Shown in pieces: positions 9,885-19,678 of a DNA stretch of 64,000 bases (its first letter is position 1; every line of letters starts with the position of its first letter). This DNA is from an uncultured delta proteobacterium (GTDB lineage Bacteria > Desulfobacterota > Desulfobacteria > Desulfobacterales > Desulfatirhabdiaceae). Where the stretch lies: assembly GCA_963789395.1 (NCBI GenBank), contig CAWBKP010000013.1, positions 186,495-250,494 on the forward strand. Direction: 5' to 3'. The notes under the pieces were generated by a model, which saw nothing but the letters and a program-made list of their open reading frames with translations, was not told where the DNA came from and made no database searches. The position numbers and the translations under genes were made by a program.

Positions 9885-11378
9885 CTATTCATCTCCCCGC
9901 AGAACCCGCTTTAATATTTTGCCGGTGGCGCTTTTGGGCAGCTGATCCACAAAAACCACATTTCGGGGTACCCTGTAAACCGCCATATTGGCCCGGCAGA
10001 AATCCAGGATTTGCTCCGGCGTTGCGGTGACATTTTCCTTTAACACGATGGCGACGTGAACCGCCTCACCTTTGACGGGATCCGGCACGCCGTAGACTGC
10101 TGCCTCCTGAACCGCCGGATGCCGGTAGATGATTTGCTCCACCTCGTTGGGGTAGACGTTGAAACCGGCAACGTTGATCATGTCCTTGACCCGGTCGGTG
10201 ATATAAAAATAGCCGTCCGAATCCATCATGCCGATATCACCGGAACGCAGCCACCCGTTTCGGATGGCTTCGGCCGTTGCTTCGGGCTTGTTCCAGTATC
10301 CTTTCATCACGTTCGGTCCACGGATGATGATTTCTCCCATTTCTCCGACCGGCAGCTCGTTGCCGGATTCGTCGGCGATTTTCATGTCCACGTTTTCAAT
10401 CGGCGTGCCGATGCTGCCGAATTTGTGGCTGAAGTCATGATTGTAGCTGGCGAACGGCGAGCACTCGGTCAGTCCGTATCCTTCATGGATGATCATGCCG
10501 AATTTTTCCTGCCAGCGCAGGGCCGTCTCCTGGGGCATGTTGGCCGCGGCGGTAAAACAGTAACGCAGACTGGACAGGTCATAACCGGAGGTGTCCATGT
10601 TGAGAAAATAGATAAAAACAGTCGGTACGGCAAAGAACAGGGTCACCCGCTCCTTTTGAATCGCCTCCAGCACGGGCTCCGGCTCAAACCGGCGGTGCAG
10701 TACGATGGTGGCGCATTTGCTGATGCCGCCGTTCAGGATGTAATTCTGCCCGAAACAATGGAAGAGGGGAAGAAACAGATGCAGCCTGTCATCGGGGCGG
10801 ACTCCGGAATGATTGGATGCGGAATGGGAATTGGAACCGATATTCATCTGCGTCAGGACGGCGCCTTTGGGAAAACCGGTGGTACCGGATGTGTAGAGAA
10901 GCGCCGCAGGGTCATGCATATCGGTTTCGGCAATTTTAAAAAGCGTATCGCCTTTGGCCATGAGTTCTTCAAGCGATAAATCGTTTCCGGCCGGGCCTTC
11001 GGCGATGATGACATGTTTCAGGTCGGGCAGATCCGCATCCACCACTTCCTGGCGCAGGGATGCGGTTGTCAGCAGCACGGTGGCGCCGGCGTCGTTGACG
11101 ATGTATTCGACTTCGTGGCGCTTTAACATGGCATTCACGGAAACGGCGATGGCGCCGATTTTCTGTGCGGCAAAATATCCGAATATAAATTCGGGGATAT
11201 TCGGTAAAAACAAGGCCACCCGATCCCCTTTTTCAACCCCCAGCGTTTGCAGGCTGTTGGCAAGACGGTTGACAGCTTCATCGAGCTGGCGATAGGAATA
11301 TGTTGTTCCCTCGAAAACCAGCGCCGGCTTATCCGGAAAAAAACGGCGTGCTCGCTCCAGATTTTTCGCGATGTTCAT
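9885..11378 (-). CDS. Long-chain fatty-acid--CoA ligase (AMP-dependent synthetase)
   Basis: YTSGTTGFPKG, EGYGLTE, SGDIG, PKSATGKILK. Confidence 0.92.
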   Translation of the reverse strand: MNIAKNLERARRFFPDKPALVFEGTTYSYRQLDEAVNRLANSLQTLGVEKGDRVALFLPNIPEFIFGYFAAQKIGAIAVSVNAMLKRHEVEYIVNDAGATVLLTTASLRQEVVDADLPDLKHVIIAEGPAGNDLSLEELMAKGDTLFKIAETDMHDPAALLYTSGTTGFPKGAVLTQMNIGSNSHSASNHSGVRPDDRLHLFLPLFHCFGQNYILNGGISKCATIVLHRRFEPEPVLEAIQKERVTLFFAVPTVFIYFLNMDTSGYDLSSLRYCFTAAANMPQETALRWQEKFGMIIHEGYGLTECSPFASYNHDFSHKFGSIGTPIENVDMKIADESGNELPVGEMGEIIIRGPNVMKGYWNKPEATAEAIRNGWLRSGDIGMMDSDGYFYITDRVKDMINVAGFNVYPNEVEQIIYRHPAVQEAAVYGVPDPVKGEAVHVAIVLKENVTATPEQILDFCRANMAVYRVPRNVVFVDQLPKSATGKILKRVLRGDE

Positions 11379-11766
11379 GTGTAACTCCTTATCTTGGAAA
11401 ATTCCTTCCCAGCCGATAACCGGCGGGGGATAGTGATGTTCCCTTTGCAGGGATGCCCGTTGAGAACTGCGACTTTTCAGTCAGCCCGAACGCGATTCTA
11501 TAATCGTTTCGCAAGCTATATTATAGTCACATTACAGCCATGGCTGGTTTTGTCAAGAAGAATTGTGAAGCGGGCGAAAGCCGGTTAATCCGGAACTTGG
11601 GGTTTTTGATTATTGACGAATGAAGGGCCGGCGCTTATCATGAAATAAACAATCAATATGAAGCAAATATGATTACCGATTCCAATTCTCTGGCAGATAT
11701 CGAATTCCGGATTGCCTTGAAAAGCGATGCTGCAAGGCAGATGGATGCGGTGCGGGCACAGAAGCA

Positions 11767-12714
11767 ATGATTCCCCTGCACAGACTTCTCATTCTCTCCA
11801 GGAACGCGGATGCCTATCTGCGTTTGATTCGGGCTGCCAACCTGCCGGGCCTGAGCATCCTGGGAACCCGGATTTCCGATGAAGACGGGATGTCCGGCAC
11901 GGGCTGTGACATCGTTTTGGGCGAGCCGTCCCTGGTTTGCAGGGCAATTCCGCGGATTCCCGGTCTGCACTGGGTGCAATCCACGTGGGCGGGAGTAGAG
12001 CCGCTTCTGGATCCAACGCTGCGCCGGGACTATGTTCTAACCAACGCCAGGGGTGTTTTCGGCGGGCTCATGTCAGAGTATGTTTTTGCATACCTGCTGG
12101 CTCATGAACGGCGAATACTTCAACGTCATGCCTCGCAGGCAGCCTGCAAATGGGACAAGACCCCGCCCGGAACCCTGGGTGGCAAAAAAATCGGCCTGAT
12201 GGGCGTCGGTTCGATCGGCGCCTGCCTGGCGCAAACAGCCAAACATTTCGGCATGACGGTCAAAGGATATACCCGGACCAGCGAAACCTGCGCATATGTG
12301 GATGCCTATTATCACGGCACGGATCTCACGGCGTTTGCAGCAGACCTTGATTATCTGGTGAGCGTTCTGCCTAATACCGCGGAGACGCACCGTATCGTGA
12401 ATGCCTCGCTTCTTGACAGGCTGCCGCAAAAGGCCGTTTTTGTCAACGTCGGGCGTGGGAGCGCTGTGGACGAGGCTGCGCTGGCCGATGCGCTCCGGAA
12501 AGGCACGATCACCGGCGCTGTCCTGGATGTTTTTCAGGAGGAGCCGTTGCCGGCTGAACATATCCTGTGGCGCACGCCAAATGTGTGGATCACCTCTCAT
12601 ACGGCGGCCCTGAGTTTGCCTGAAGATATCGTACGGGTCTTTATTGACAATTATTTCCTTTTCATACGTGGAGCCGCGCTCCGTTACCAGGTTGATTTTG
12701 AGCGCGGATATTAA
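11767..12714 (+). CDS. D-2-hydroxyacid dehydrogenase family protein
   Basis: GVGSIG, VNVGRG, LDVFQEEPL, ITSHTA. Confidence 0.9.
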   Translation: MIPLHRLLILSRNADAYLRLIRAANLPGLSILGTRISDEDGMSGTGCDIVLGEPSLVCRAIPRIPGLHWVQSTWAGVEPLLDPTLRRDYVLTNARGVFGGLMSEYVFAYLLAHERRILQRHASQAACKWDKTPPGTLGGKKIGLMGVGSIGACLAQTAKHFGMTVKGYTRTSETCAYVDAYYHGTDLTAFAADLDYLVSVLPNTAETHRIVNASLLDRLPQKAVFVNVGRGSAVDEAALADALRKGTITGAVLDVFQEEPLPAEHILWRTPNVWITSHTAALSLPEDIVRVFIDNYFLFIRGAALRYQVDFERGY

Positions 12715-12828
12715 GGATGGCCGGCATTTCCGAGCGGTTGACAGCATTGACCCAAAAGATTGATGATGCCGACGAAATGGCCGATAAGTTGACTGCTGAT
12801 GAAAGGATCAGGTTAGGAAGAAATCGTC

Positions 12829-12978
12829 ATGATGAAAAATATTTTTATGCTGATGGCTTTGCTTGGAATGTTGAGCCTGGCAACAGGCTGCAACACCTTT
12901 CATGGCATCGGCAAAGATATTGAACGGGCAGGACAAAAAACGCAGGAAGCGGCGGATGCCGTCAAGAAGAAAATGTAG
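12829..12978 (+). CDS. Entericidin EcnA/B-like small lipoprotein (49 aa)
   Basis: Below ORF-track cutoff; MMKNIFMLMALLGMLSLATGCNTFHGIGKDIERAGQKTQEAADAVKKKM: lipobox plus CNT..G.GKDI signature; AGGAAG upstream. Confidence 0.85.
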   Translation: MMKNIFMLMALLGMLSLATGCNTFHGIGKDIERAGQKTQEAADAVKKKM

Positions 12979-13747
12979 CGGGGCAACCCTTTAAATACGA
13001 ACGGATCCACTGGCTGACCTGAATGCCGCGATCTGTGAGCGCCCGGGTGCCGAACCGGATATTGAATTCCAGAAAATAAAAATGGCCGTTTACTTCGGCC
13101 ACATCAAATCCCGCATGATTGATTCCGGTTTTGCCGGCAAAGGATTCGACAAGCCGCACAGCCCCTTCGGGGATATCCTCAAAGCTTACGGCGCCCCCGC
13201 GGGACACGTTGTTGTGAAACTGCCCCGGCGCAGCTTTCCGCCAGTAACCCGCCACCACCTTTTCCCCGACAAAAACCAGACGCAGATCCCGGCTGATGGG
13301 CAGGTATTCCTGAGCATACAGTACTTCGTTGCGTCTGGCGTAATCCAGAAAATCCGTTCGGGTTTTGATGAGAAAAACACCCTGGCCCATGGAATTTCTC
13401 ACTTCCTTGGCCACAAAGGGAAAACAGAACGTTTCCGTCACCTGTTCGACGGCCGTGTCCGTATGGGCAAGGATTTGCGTAACCGGGGTATTTTCGGGGC
13501 AGACGGCCTGAAATACCCGCGTCATTTCCACCTTGTCATGACCTAAATGAAAGCTGCTGATGCTGGGAAATATTTTCTTTTTCCAGCCGTAAACCAGAGT
13601 GTTGACCTGCCAGAATTCGGGAAAAAGAATCCAGTCCGCGGCGCGGACAACATCCTGGCGGCTGAGCCACTGTTCGGGCTTCAGCGGCATGACACCCGGA
13701 ATATTCAGGGTTCGCAAAGGATCGAATGATACCAGCCGGCCTGTCAT
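12962..13747 (-). CDS. RimK-like ATP-grasp ligase
   Basis: PFVAK...SMGQGV, QEYLP..RDLR, HNNVSRGG, GFDV, LEFN. Confidence 0.8.
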   Translation of the reverse strand: MTGRLVSFDPLRTLNIPGVMPLKPEQWLSRQDVVRAADWILFPEFWQVNTLVYGWKKKIFPSISSFHLGHDKVEMTRVFQAVCPENTPVTQILAHTDTAVEQVTETFCFPFVAKEVRNSMGQGVFLIKTRTDFLDYARRNEVLYAQEYLPISRDLRLVFVGEKVVAGYWRKAAPGQFHNNVSRGGAVSFEDIPEGAVRLVESFAGKTGINHAGFDVAEVNGHFYFLEFNIRFGTRALTDRGIQVSQWIRSYLKGCPATFSS

Positions 13748-14886
13748 GAAAGCCGGTTCCGGTAGTCAGGGTAGCCGAATTTTCGAACCAGCCGGAACTC
13801 GCCTTGAGGGGACAGGATGCCGATGGACGGAAGCCGAACCCCGTTAAACGTGTTGTTTTTCACCATCGTGTAATGGGCCATATCCTGAAACACCAAGCGG
13901 TCGCCGACGTTAAGGGGCGCAGGGAAAGAGAAATCGCCGATCACATCCCCTGCCAAGCATGTCAGGCCGGCCAGCCGGTAGGTGAACGGATATTCCCCGG
14001 GCAGTCCGGCCCCTTCGATGACCGGACGATACGGCATCTCCAGCACATCGGGCATGTGGGCCGACGCGGATGTGTCCAGAATGGCGATGTCCATGCCGTT
14101 ATGGAAAATATCCAGCACAGAGGCGATTAAAACGCCGGTGTTCAGGGCAATGGCCTCGCCCGGCTCCAGATAAACCTCCAGGGGATGCCTGCTTTTGAAT
14201 TCGGTAATCAGATTGCATAACAGATTCACATCGTAATCGCTTCGGGTGATGTGATGCCCGCCGCCGAAATTGACCCATTCCATGTTCTTTAAAAATGCGC
14301 CGAATTTGGATTCGAATGCGGGAAGGGTTCTTTCCAGGGCGTCGGCATTGAGCTCGCAGAGGGTGTGAAAATGCAGGCCGGAAATTCCTTCCAGATGCTG
14401 GGGTTCAAAATTGCTTCGGGTTACGCCGAGCCGGGAGAACGGTCCGCAGGGATCGTAAATCGGCACGCTCACTTCCGAATGCTCGGGGTTTACGCGGATG
14501 CCGCAAGAAACAGGCTTTTTGGAGGCCATGATTTCGGATTTATATCGGTTCCAGAACGAAAAGGAATTGAACACCAGGTGGTTGCAGCAGGAAAGGATTT
14601 CATTGAAATCGTGATGCGGGAATGCCGGCGCGCAGAAATGAACTTCCCTGCCGAACTCCTCGCGGCCCAGCCTGGCTTCGTCGACGGAACTGGCGGAAAT
14701 CCCGCAAAGATATTCCCGGATAACCGGAAACAGGCTGAACATGGCAAAGCCTTTCAGCGCCAGCAGAATCCTGCAGCCTGTTTGCCGCTGAACAAATTCC
14801 AGGACCTTCAGATTTTTGATCAGGGCCGCCTCGTCCACGACATAACAAGGCGTTGGAATTTCGGGGTCCGAAAAACGTGCCTGCAT
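13744..14886 (-). CDS. nspC: Carboxynorspermidine/carboxyspermidine decarboxylase
   Basis: TPCYVVDE, LALKGF, YDPC..FSRLG, GLHFHTLCE, NFGGGHHIT, HYTMVKNNTFNG; start placed at ATG 14886. Confidence 0.93.
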   Translation of the reverse strand: MQARFSDPEIPTPCYVVDEAALIKNLKVLEFVQRQTGCRILLALKGFAMFSLFPVIREYLCGISASSVDEARLGREEFGREVHFCAPAFPHHDFNEILSCCNHLVFNSFSFWNRYKSEIMASKKPVSCGIRVNPEHSEVSVPIYDPCGPFSRLGVTRSNFEPQHLEGISGLHFHTLCELNADALERTLPAFESKFGAFLKNMEWVNFGGGHHITRSDYDVNLLCNLITEFKSRHPLEVYLEPGEAIALNTGVLIASVLDIFHNGMDIAILDTSASAHMPDVLEMPYRPVIEGAGLPGEYPFTYRLAGLTCLAGDVIGDFSFPAPLNVGDRLVFQDMAHYTMVKNNTFNGVRLPSIGILSPQGEFRLVRKFGYPDYRNRLS

Positions 14887-14891
14887 GTCCC

Positions 14892-16062
14892 TTATGCCTC
14901 CGTCCACGGCAGTCCGCAGCGATTCAGCTCTTCCATAAAGGGATCCGGGTCGAATTCTTCGACATTGAAAACGCCTTTTCCCTTCCATTTTCCGGTCAGC
15001 ATCATCATGGCGCCGATCATGGTTGGAACGCCGGTGGTGTAGGATATGGCCTGGGCTTTTATTTCCCGGAAGCATTCCGCGTGATCACAGACGTTGTAGA
15101 TGAAATATTTCTTGAATTTCCCATTTTTGACGCCTTCGATCATGCAGCCGATACAGGTTTTGCCGGTATAGCCTGCGGCAAGGGAAGAAGGCTCAGGCAG
15201 CAGGGCTTTTAAGAACTGAAGCGGAACAATGTCGATTCCCTGATATTTCACCGGATCGATGCGGGTCATCCCGACATTTTGAAGCACCCGAAGATGGGTG
15301 AGATATTCCTTGACCGAACGTCATCCAGAAGCGCATCCGTTTGATTCCGGGAATGTTTTTGGCAAGGGATTCCATTTCCTCGTGGTACATCAAATACATT
15401 TCCCGTACGCCGACCTGGGGAAAATCAAAAGGTTTGTGGATGGACAGGGGGTCGGTTTCGATCCACTGTCCGTTTTCATAGTATTTCCCCTTTGCCGTGA
15501 CTTCCCGGATGTTGATTTCGGGGTTGAAATTGGTGGCAAAGGGATGGCCATGATCGCCGGCATTGCAGTCCATGATATCGATGGTATGGATTTCATCAAA
15601 ATGATGTTTTAAGGCATGGGCGCAGAAAATATTGGTCACCCCGGGGTCAAACCCGCACCCCAGAAGGGCCATGATGCCTTTTTTCTGAAACCGCTCCTGA
15701 TAATCCCACTGCCATTTGTAGCAGAACTTGGCTTCGTCCGGGGGCTCGTAATTGGCCGTATCCAGATAATCGACCCCGGTTTCCAGGCAGGCGTCCATGA
15801 TGCTGAGGTCCTGATAGGGCAGGGCGACATTGATAACCAGATCCGGCAAAACCCTTTTGATCAGGGCCGAGACTTCATGGGAATGGTCGGCATCCACCTG
15901 CGCGATTTCAATCGGCATGGCAATTTGTTTCTGAATGGCCTCGCATTTGGCCAGGGTCCGGCTGGCCAGGACGATTTCGGAAAACACTTCCGGGTGCTGA
16001 GCGCATTTATGGGTGACAACAGCGCCGACCCCGCCGGCGCCGATGATAAGAACTTTACTCAT
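14892..16062 (-). CDS. Carboxynorspermidine synthase/dehydrogenase (saccharopine dehydrogenase family), 1-nt frameshift near 15310
   Basis: GAGGVG, YLDTANYE, GFDPGVT, FATNFNPEINIRE; removing one base gives WMTFGQEYLTHLRVLQNVGMT continuing into ORF 14892..15287; adjacent to nspC. Confidence 0.9.
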
Positions 16063-16336
16063 GGACGGATTCCTTTAAATGAAATTAGCAGGAAGAAAAC
16101 GCTGCCATTTGTCGTTGTGATGTTCATGATCATGGCCAGTGACGGATCCGGCGCATGTGTCGGTAAAACTATAGGAAGATCAAGGTCTGATGTCAATCAA
16201 GAAAGAGAAAAGAATTCGTGGAAACAGCTTCCAGTGAGGAACTTGCAGACAATGCATTATCCGCAATTTCAGGGTATTGAATCGGGAGGGCGGGCCCCAA
16301 AGGATTAACCGCCGGTTTTGGTGACCCGAAAGCCGC

Positions 16337-17338
16337 TCATTGGCCGGCAATACACCGGTGTAGTCTGTTCAGGATATCTGTCGGAGTTACATCCCATCCG
16401 ATAAAGGCCAAGCGCGTTTCCGGGCCGCCTTCCCATTTTGACCATTCGCCTTTTCCGCCGACAAAATTGATGATTTCCGTACGATTATGGAATCGGACCG
16501 GGCCTTTCATTCGAAATACTTCCACAGGCAGCGCTTCCATAAAAAGACTGAAAAGCGTTGCATCGATAATCCGGGAGTCTTCAAAGGAAAATGTAACAAA
16601 ATGATCAGAGGACTGGAAGGCATCTTGAAGTTTGGGCAGGTTTTGTAGAGAATTGTGAGAGGTGTCTTCCCGCGATGCTTCATGGTATGAATGCATGGGT
16701 TTTATTTCCATTTTACGCGGCATTGTCTGTGACCAGAAGATCTCCGGATCAACGCAACAGCGAACCGTGGGAACGACCTGGCAATCTGGAAAAACGTCAT
16801 GTATTTCCTGCAAACATGCTGGAATTGATGCATTGTCCAACAGATCCACTTTGTTCAGCAGGATCAGGTTGGCGGTTTCAAGCTGTTTGTAAAAAATCTG
16901 GCCGAAGTTTTCGCGAGCTTCCCAAAGATCGGCATCTAAAACAGTCACAATTTTTTCCAGTTTCATGGATTCGGGCAAAGGCGATTCGCTTAACGCAGAC
17001 AAGATGGCCGTCGGATCTGAAATGCCTGACGCCTCGATAAAAATACGTTTGGGCCGATACTGGTCCAATATTTTCAACAAAGACTGCTTCAAATCGTTTC
17101 GGAGTGAACAGCAGATACATCCGCTGACCAGTTCGATGACGTCAGATCCGGAATTTTTCAGCAAATCTCCGTCTATGCCCACATCCCCGAATTCGTTAAC
17201 CAGCACCACTGTATCGGACAAATCGGTTTCCCAGGAAAGGATGCGTTTTAATAAAGTGGTTTTACCCGAGCCGAGAAATCCGGAGAGAAGGAACACAAGG
17301 GTCTTTTGATCTGATTGTTGTGGCGCCGGTTGATTCAT
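16337..17338 (-). CDS. CobW/COG0523-family G3E GTPase metallochaperone
   Basis: GFLGSGKTT, NEFG, GCICCS, EASG, NKVD. Confidence 0.9.
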   Translation of the reverse strand: MNQPAPQQSDQKTLVFLLSGFLGSGKTTLLKRILSWETDLSDTVVLVNEFGDVGIDGDLLKNSGSDVIELVSGCICCSLRNDLKQSLLKILDQYRPKRIFIEASGISDPTAILSALSESPLPESMKLEKIVTVLDADLWEARENFGQIFYKQLETANLILLNKVDLLDNASIPACLQEIHDVFPDCQVVPTVRCCVDPEIFWSQTMPRKMEIKPMHSYHEASREDTSHNSLQNLPKLQDAFQSSDHFVTFSFEDSRIIDATLFSLFMEALPVEVFRMKGPVRFHNRTEIINFVGGKGEWSKWEGGPETRLAFIGWDVTPTDILNRLHRCIAGQ

Positions 17339-17380
17339 GGTTTTCCTGTTTATTTGCACGGCGGTGAGAATACAAAAACC

Positions 17381-18127
17381 TTAATCCAGTGGTGTTGGGT
17401 CAACATTTATTGTTCTAACCTCGTAATAGGTATTGACAGACATTCCGGCAAACAAAACAGCGCCGGGGCAGGGGATTACCAATTTTTTCTTGAACTTTTC
17501 ACCGATGATATTGAAAAACTCCAGACAGGCAGAGCATACCTGCTTGGTCATGCCAATGGAGTAAGGGACAGGACCTTCTTCTGACTCGATATAATAATCC
17601 GGTTCTATGAAATTGGCATGATTGGCACATTGGAAGGCAAAGAGTTCTTTGAAGGTTACGCCGCGTATACCCATAACATTCAGCCAGCGCGACTGCATCT
17701 TGTCATCCATCGATTCAATATCCTTAAAAGCAGGCGGACATGAGCACGTAAAACTCTTCCTCTCAAACAGTCCCATGATCTTTCCTTTGTCTGACCCCGG
17801 CAGATCCATGGGCTTGAATTTAACCTTTGAGATGACGGTCGCAGGTTTGAAATCGAAACCGTACGCGTTGATATCCGTTTCGCTGATCAGTAGATACTGG
17901 CCTGAAAATCGGGATGTGCCATACCAGGAAAGCTGTCTTTTGCAGAGTTCAAAATTCGACCATGCTTCCGGCGGAACATAACCCAATGCAATTTTACTGG
18001 ATAAAGGCAGGCAGGCTGCCTTTCTGGTTTCTTGCAGCGAGATTCCCATTTCAGAGAATTTATTCTGCACAAAAAGAAAGGCCTGCTTGTCCAACCAATA
18101 AGAGAACTTCGTGTAGATGCCGGTCAT
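17381..18127 (-). CDS. Cys-rich hypothetical protein
   Basis: 248-aa ORF co-oriented within the operon; CSCPP, CANHAN, CSAC, PCPG motifs; no family recognised. Confidence 0.7.
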   Translation of the reverse strand: MTGIYTKFSYWLDKQAFLFVQNKFSEMGISLQETRKAACLPLSSKIALGYVPPEAWSNFELCKRQLSWYGTSRFSGQYLLISETDINAYGFDFKPATVISKVKFKPMDLPGSDKGKIMGLFERKSFTCSCPPAFKDIESMDDKMQSRWLNVMGIRGVTFKELFAFQCANHANFIEPDYYIESEEGPVPYSIGMTKQVCSACLEFFNIIGEKFKKKLVIPCPGAVLFAGMSVNTYYEVRTINVDPTPLD

Positions 18128-18209
18128 CCTGGAAACCCGTAATCCGTTTCAAATTTCAATGAATTCAGATCTTCTCCATATATTTCATCCGCCCGGTGTC
18201 GATGTATCA

Positions 18210-19646
18210 TCAATCGCTGCTTGCCGGCTCTTTGGCTTTATTTTCATCATCTTTTTTCTTCTTTTTGGCGGCTGCCTCCGCATCTGCTCTTTCAAAAACA
18301 TCATATCCCAGGAGCGATTCGGCGATATAGGCGGACAGATCCTTCATCACGATGTCGGATGCCGATGAGGAGACGCCGACCTGCAGTCCCTGATAGCAGA
18401 AAGGGCAGCAAGAAACCAGTTCTTTGGCGCCCGTCTCTTCTGCTTCTTTGACCCGCCGCTGGGCCATCTTGTTCTGGATATCCGGGTACCCGGCTTTTAA
18501 TCCGCCGCCTGCGCCGCAACAGCGTGAATATTCCCTGTTTCTTGGCATTTCGATCAGTTTGAGCCCGGGGATGGCATTCATAATCAGCCTTGGCGCATCA
18601 AAGCCCCCGGTTGCACGGCCCAGATGACAGGGATCATGGTAGGTGCAGGTTCTGTTGACCGGGTGGGGAAATGTCAGTTTGCCCTGCTTTAACAACCGGG
18701 CCAGATATTCCACGGTATGCAGGACTTCAAAATTCAATTTCCCGACTTTCGGATAGTCCTGCATGATGGTTTTAAAACAGCCGGAACAGGAACTGATCAG
18801 GGTTTCAATACCCAGGCTGTTGAATTGATCGATATTTTCCTGAAACAGCCGCTTATGCTCCGGATCACCCATTCTGAGCAGCACGCTTCCGCAGCATTTT
18901 TCGTCTTTGCCGAGAACCCCGTAATCAATGTTCAGTGTTTCGAGAATGTTTATGGTATTGATGGCAACCTGCTTGACATTGGCATCGTAGGATGCCGTGC
19001 ATCCGAAAAAAAGCAGGACCTTTCCCTTTGACTTGACAATTTCCCTCGGCTCTTCGGCGATAAGATTGTCTTTTTTAGCGCGCCGCGACCATTTGGTTCT
19101 GCCGGTACGGGGTTGCTGCCACGGGTTATCATAGGTTATGACGCTTTTTCGAAGCGCCTTCTGAGGCTCCAGGGGTCCGTAACCTGCGCTGACAATCAGT
19201 CTTCGCAGATCCTCCCAGAGATTTACCGTATCGATATGTGCCGGACAGACCACTTCGCACTGGCCGCAGGTGGAGCACTCATACAAATTGGCAACAAAGG
19301 CTTTGATTTGTTCTTCTGTCACCTCCTGATAGCCGAAGAGACTCCGGATCACTTTCTTAAAAGATTCCCCGACTTTTTCACTTTTCATGATTTTAGCCAG
19401 AAATCCATTCTGAGATCTGGCGATTTTAAGAAAATCGATGACTTTTCGCCGGGGAACGATATCTTCTTTGGCGTCCTGATCGTAAACGGGGCACCAGGAA
19501 AGACATTCGCCGCATCGGGTGCAGGCGTCAAGCGCGATTAACCGTTTTATATCCAGATTGTGGATGGGTATCTGTCTGACGGCTTCCTCGCTGGCTGTTT
19601 TTTCCGGTGAGGCATCAGGGATTTTTTCTTCTGTGGTCATTTTCAC
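18210..19646 (-). CDS. HdrD/GlpC-like Fe-S protein (two 4Fe-4S motifs + two CCG domains)
   Basis: CTRCGECLSWCP, CSTCGQCEVVCP, KCCGS, CSGC, YHDPCH, CCGAGGG, CCPFC. Confidence 0.9.
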   Translation of the reverse strand: MKMTTEEKIPDASPEKTASEEAVRQIPIHNLDIKRLIALDACTRCGECLSWCPVYDQDAKEDIVPRRKVIDFLKIARSQNGFLAKIMKSEKVGESFKKVIRSLFGYQEVTEEQIKAFVANLYECSTCGQCEVVCPAHIDTVNLWEDLRRLIVSAGYGPLEPQKALRKSVITYDNPWQQPRTGRTKWSRRAKKDNLIAEEPREIVKSKGKVLLFFGCTASYDANVKQVAINTINILETLNIDYGVLGKDEKCCGSVLLRMGDPEHKRLFQENIDQFNSLGIETLISSCSGCFKTIMQDYPKVGKLNFEVLHTVEYLARLLKQGKLTFPHPVNRTCTYHDPCHLGRATGGFDAPRLIMNAIPGLKLIEMPRNREYSRCCGAGGGLKAGYPDIQNKMAQRRVKEAEETGAKELVSCCPFCYQGLQVGVSSSASDIVMKDLSAYIAESLLGYDVFERADAEAAAKKKKKDDENKAKEPASSD

Positions 19647-19678
19647 TACCTTTATAAAATAATAATTATACGCTGATG

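Noticed and set aside
12717..12923. 68-aa ORF in the track
   Set aside because: The overlapping frame at 12829-12978 encodes a convincing entericidin-like lipoprotein instead
14887..15075. 63-aa N-terminal extension of nspC
   Set aside because: Overlaps the 3' end of the upstream dehydrogenase; NspC similarity starts at ATG 14886
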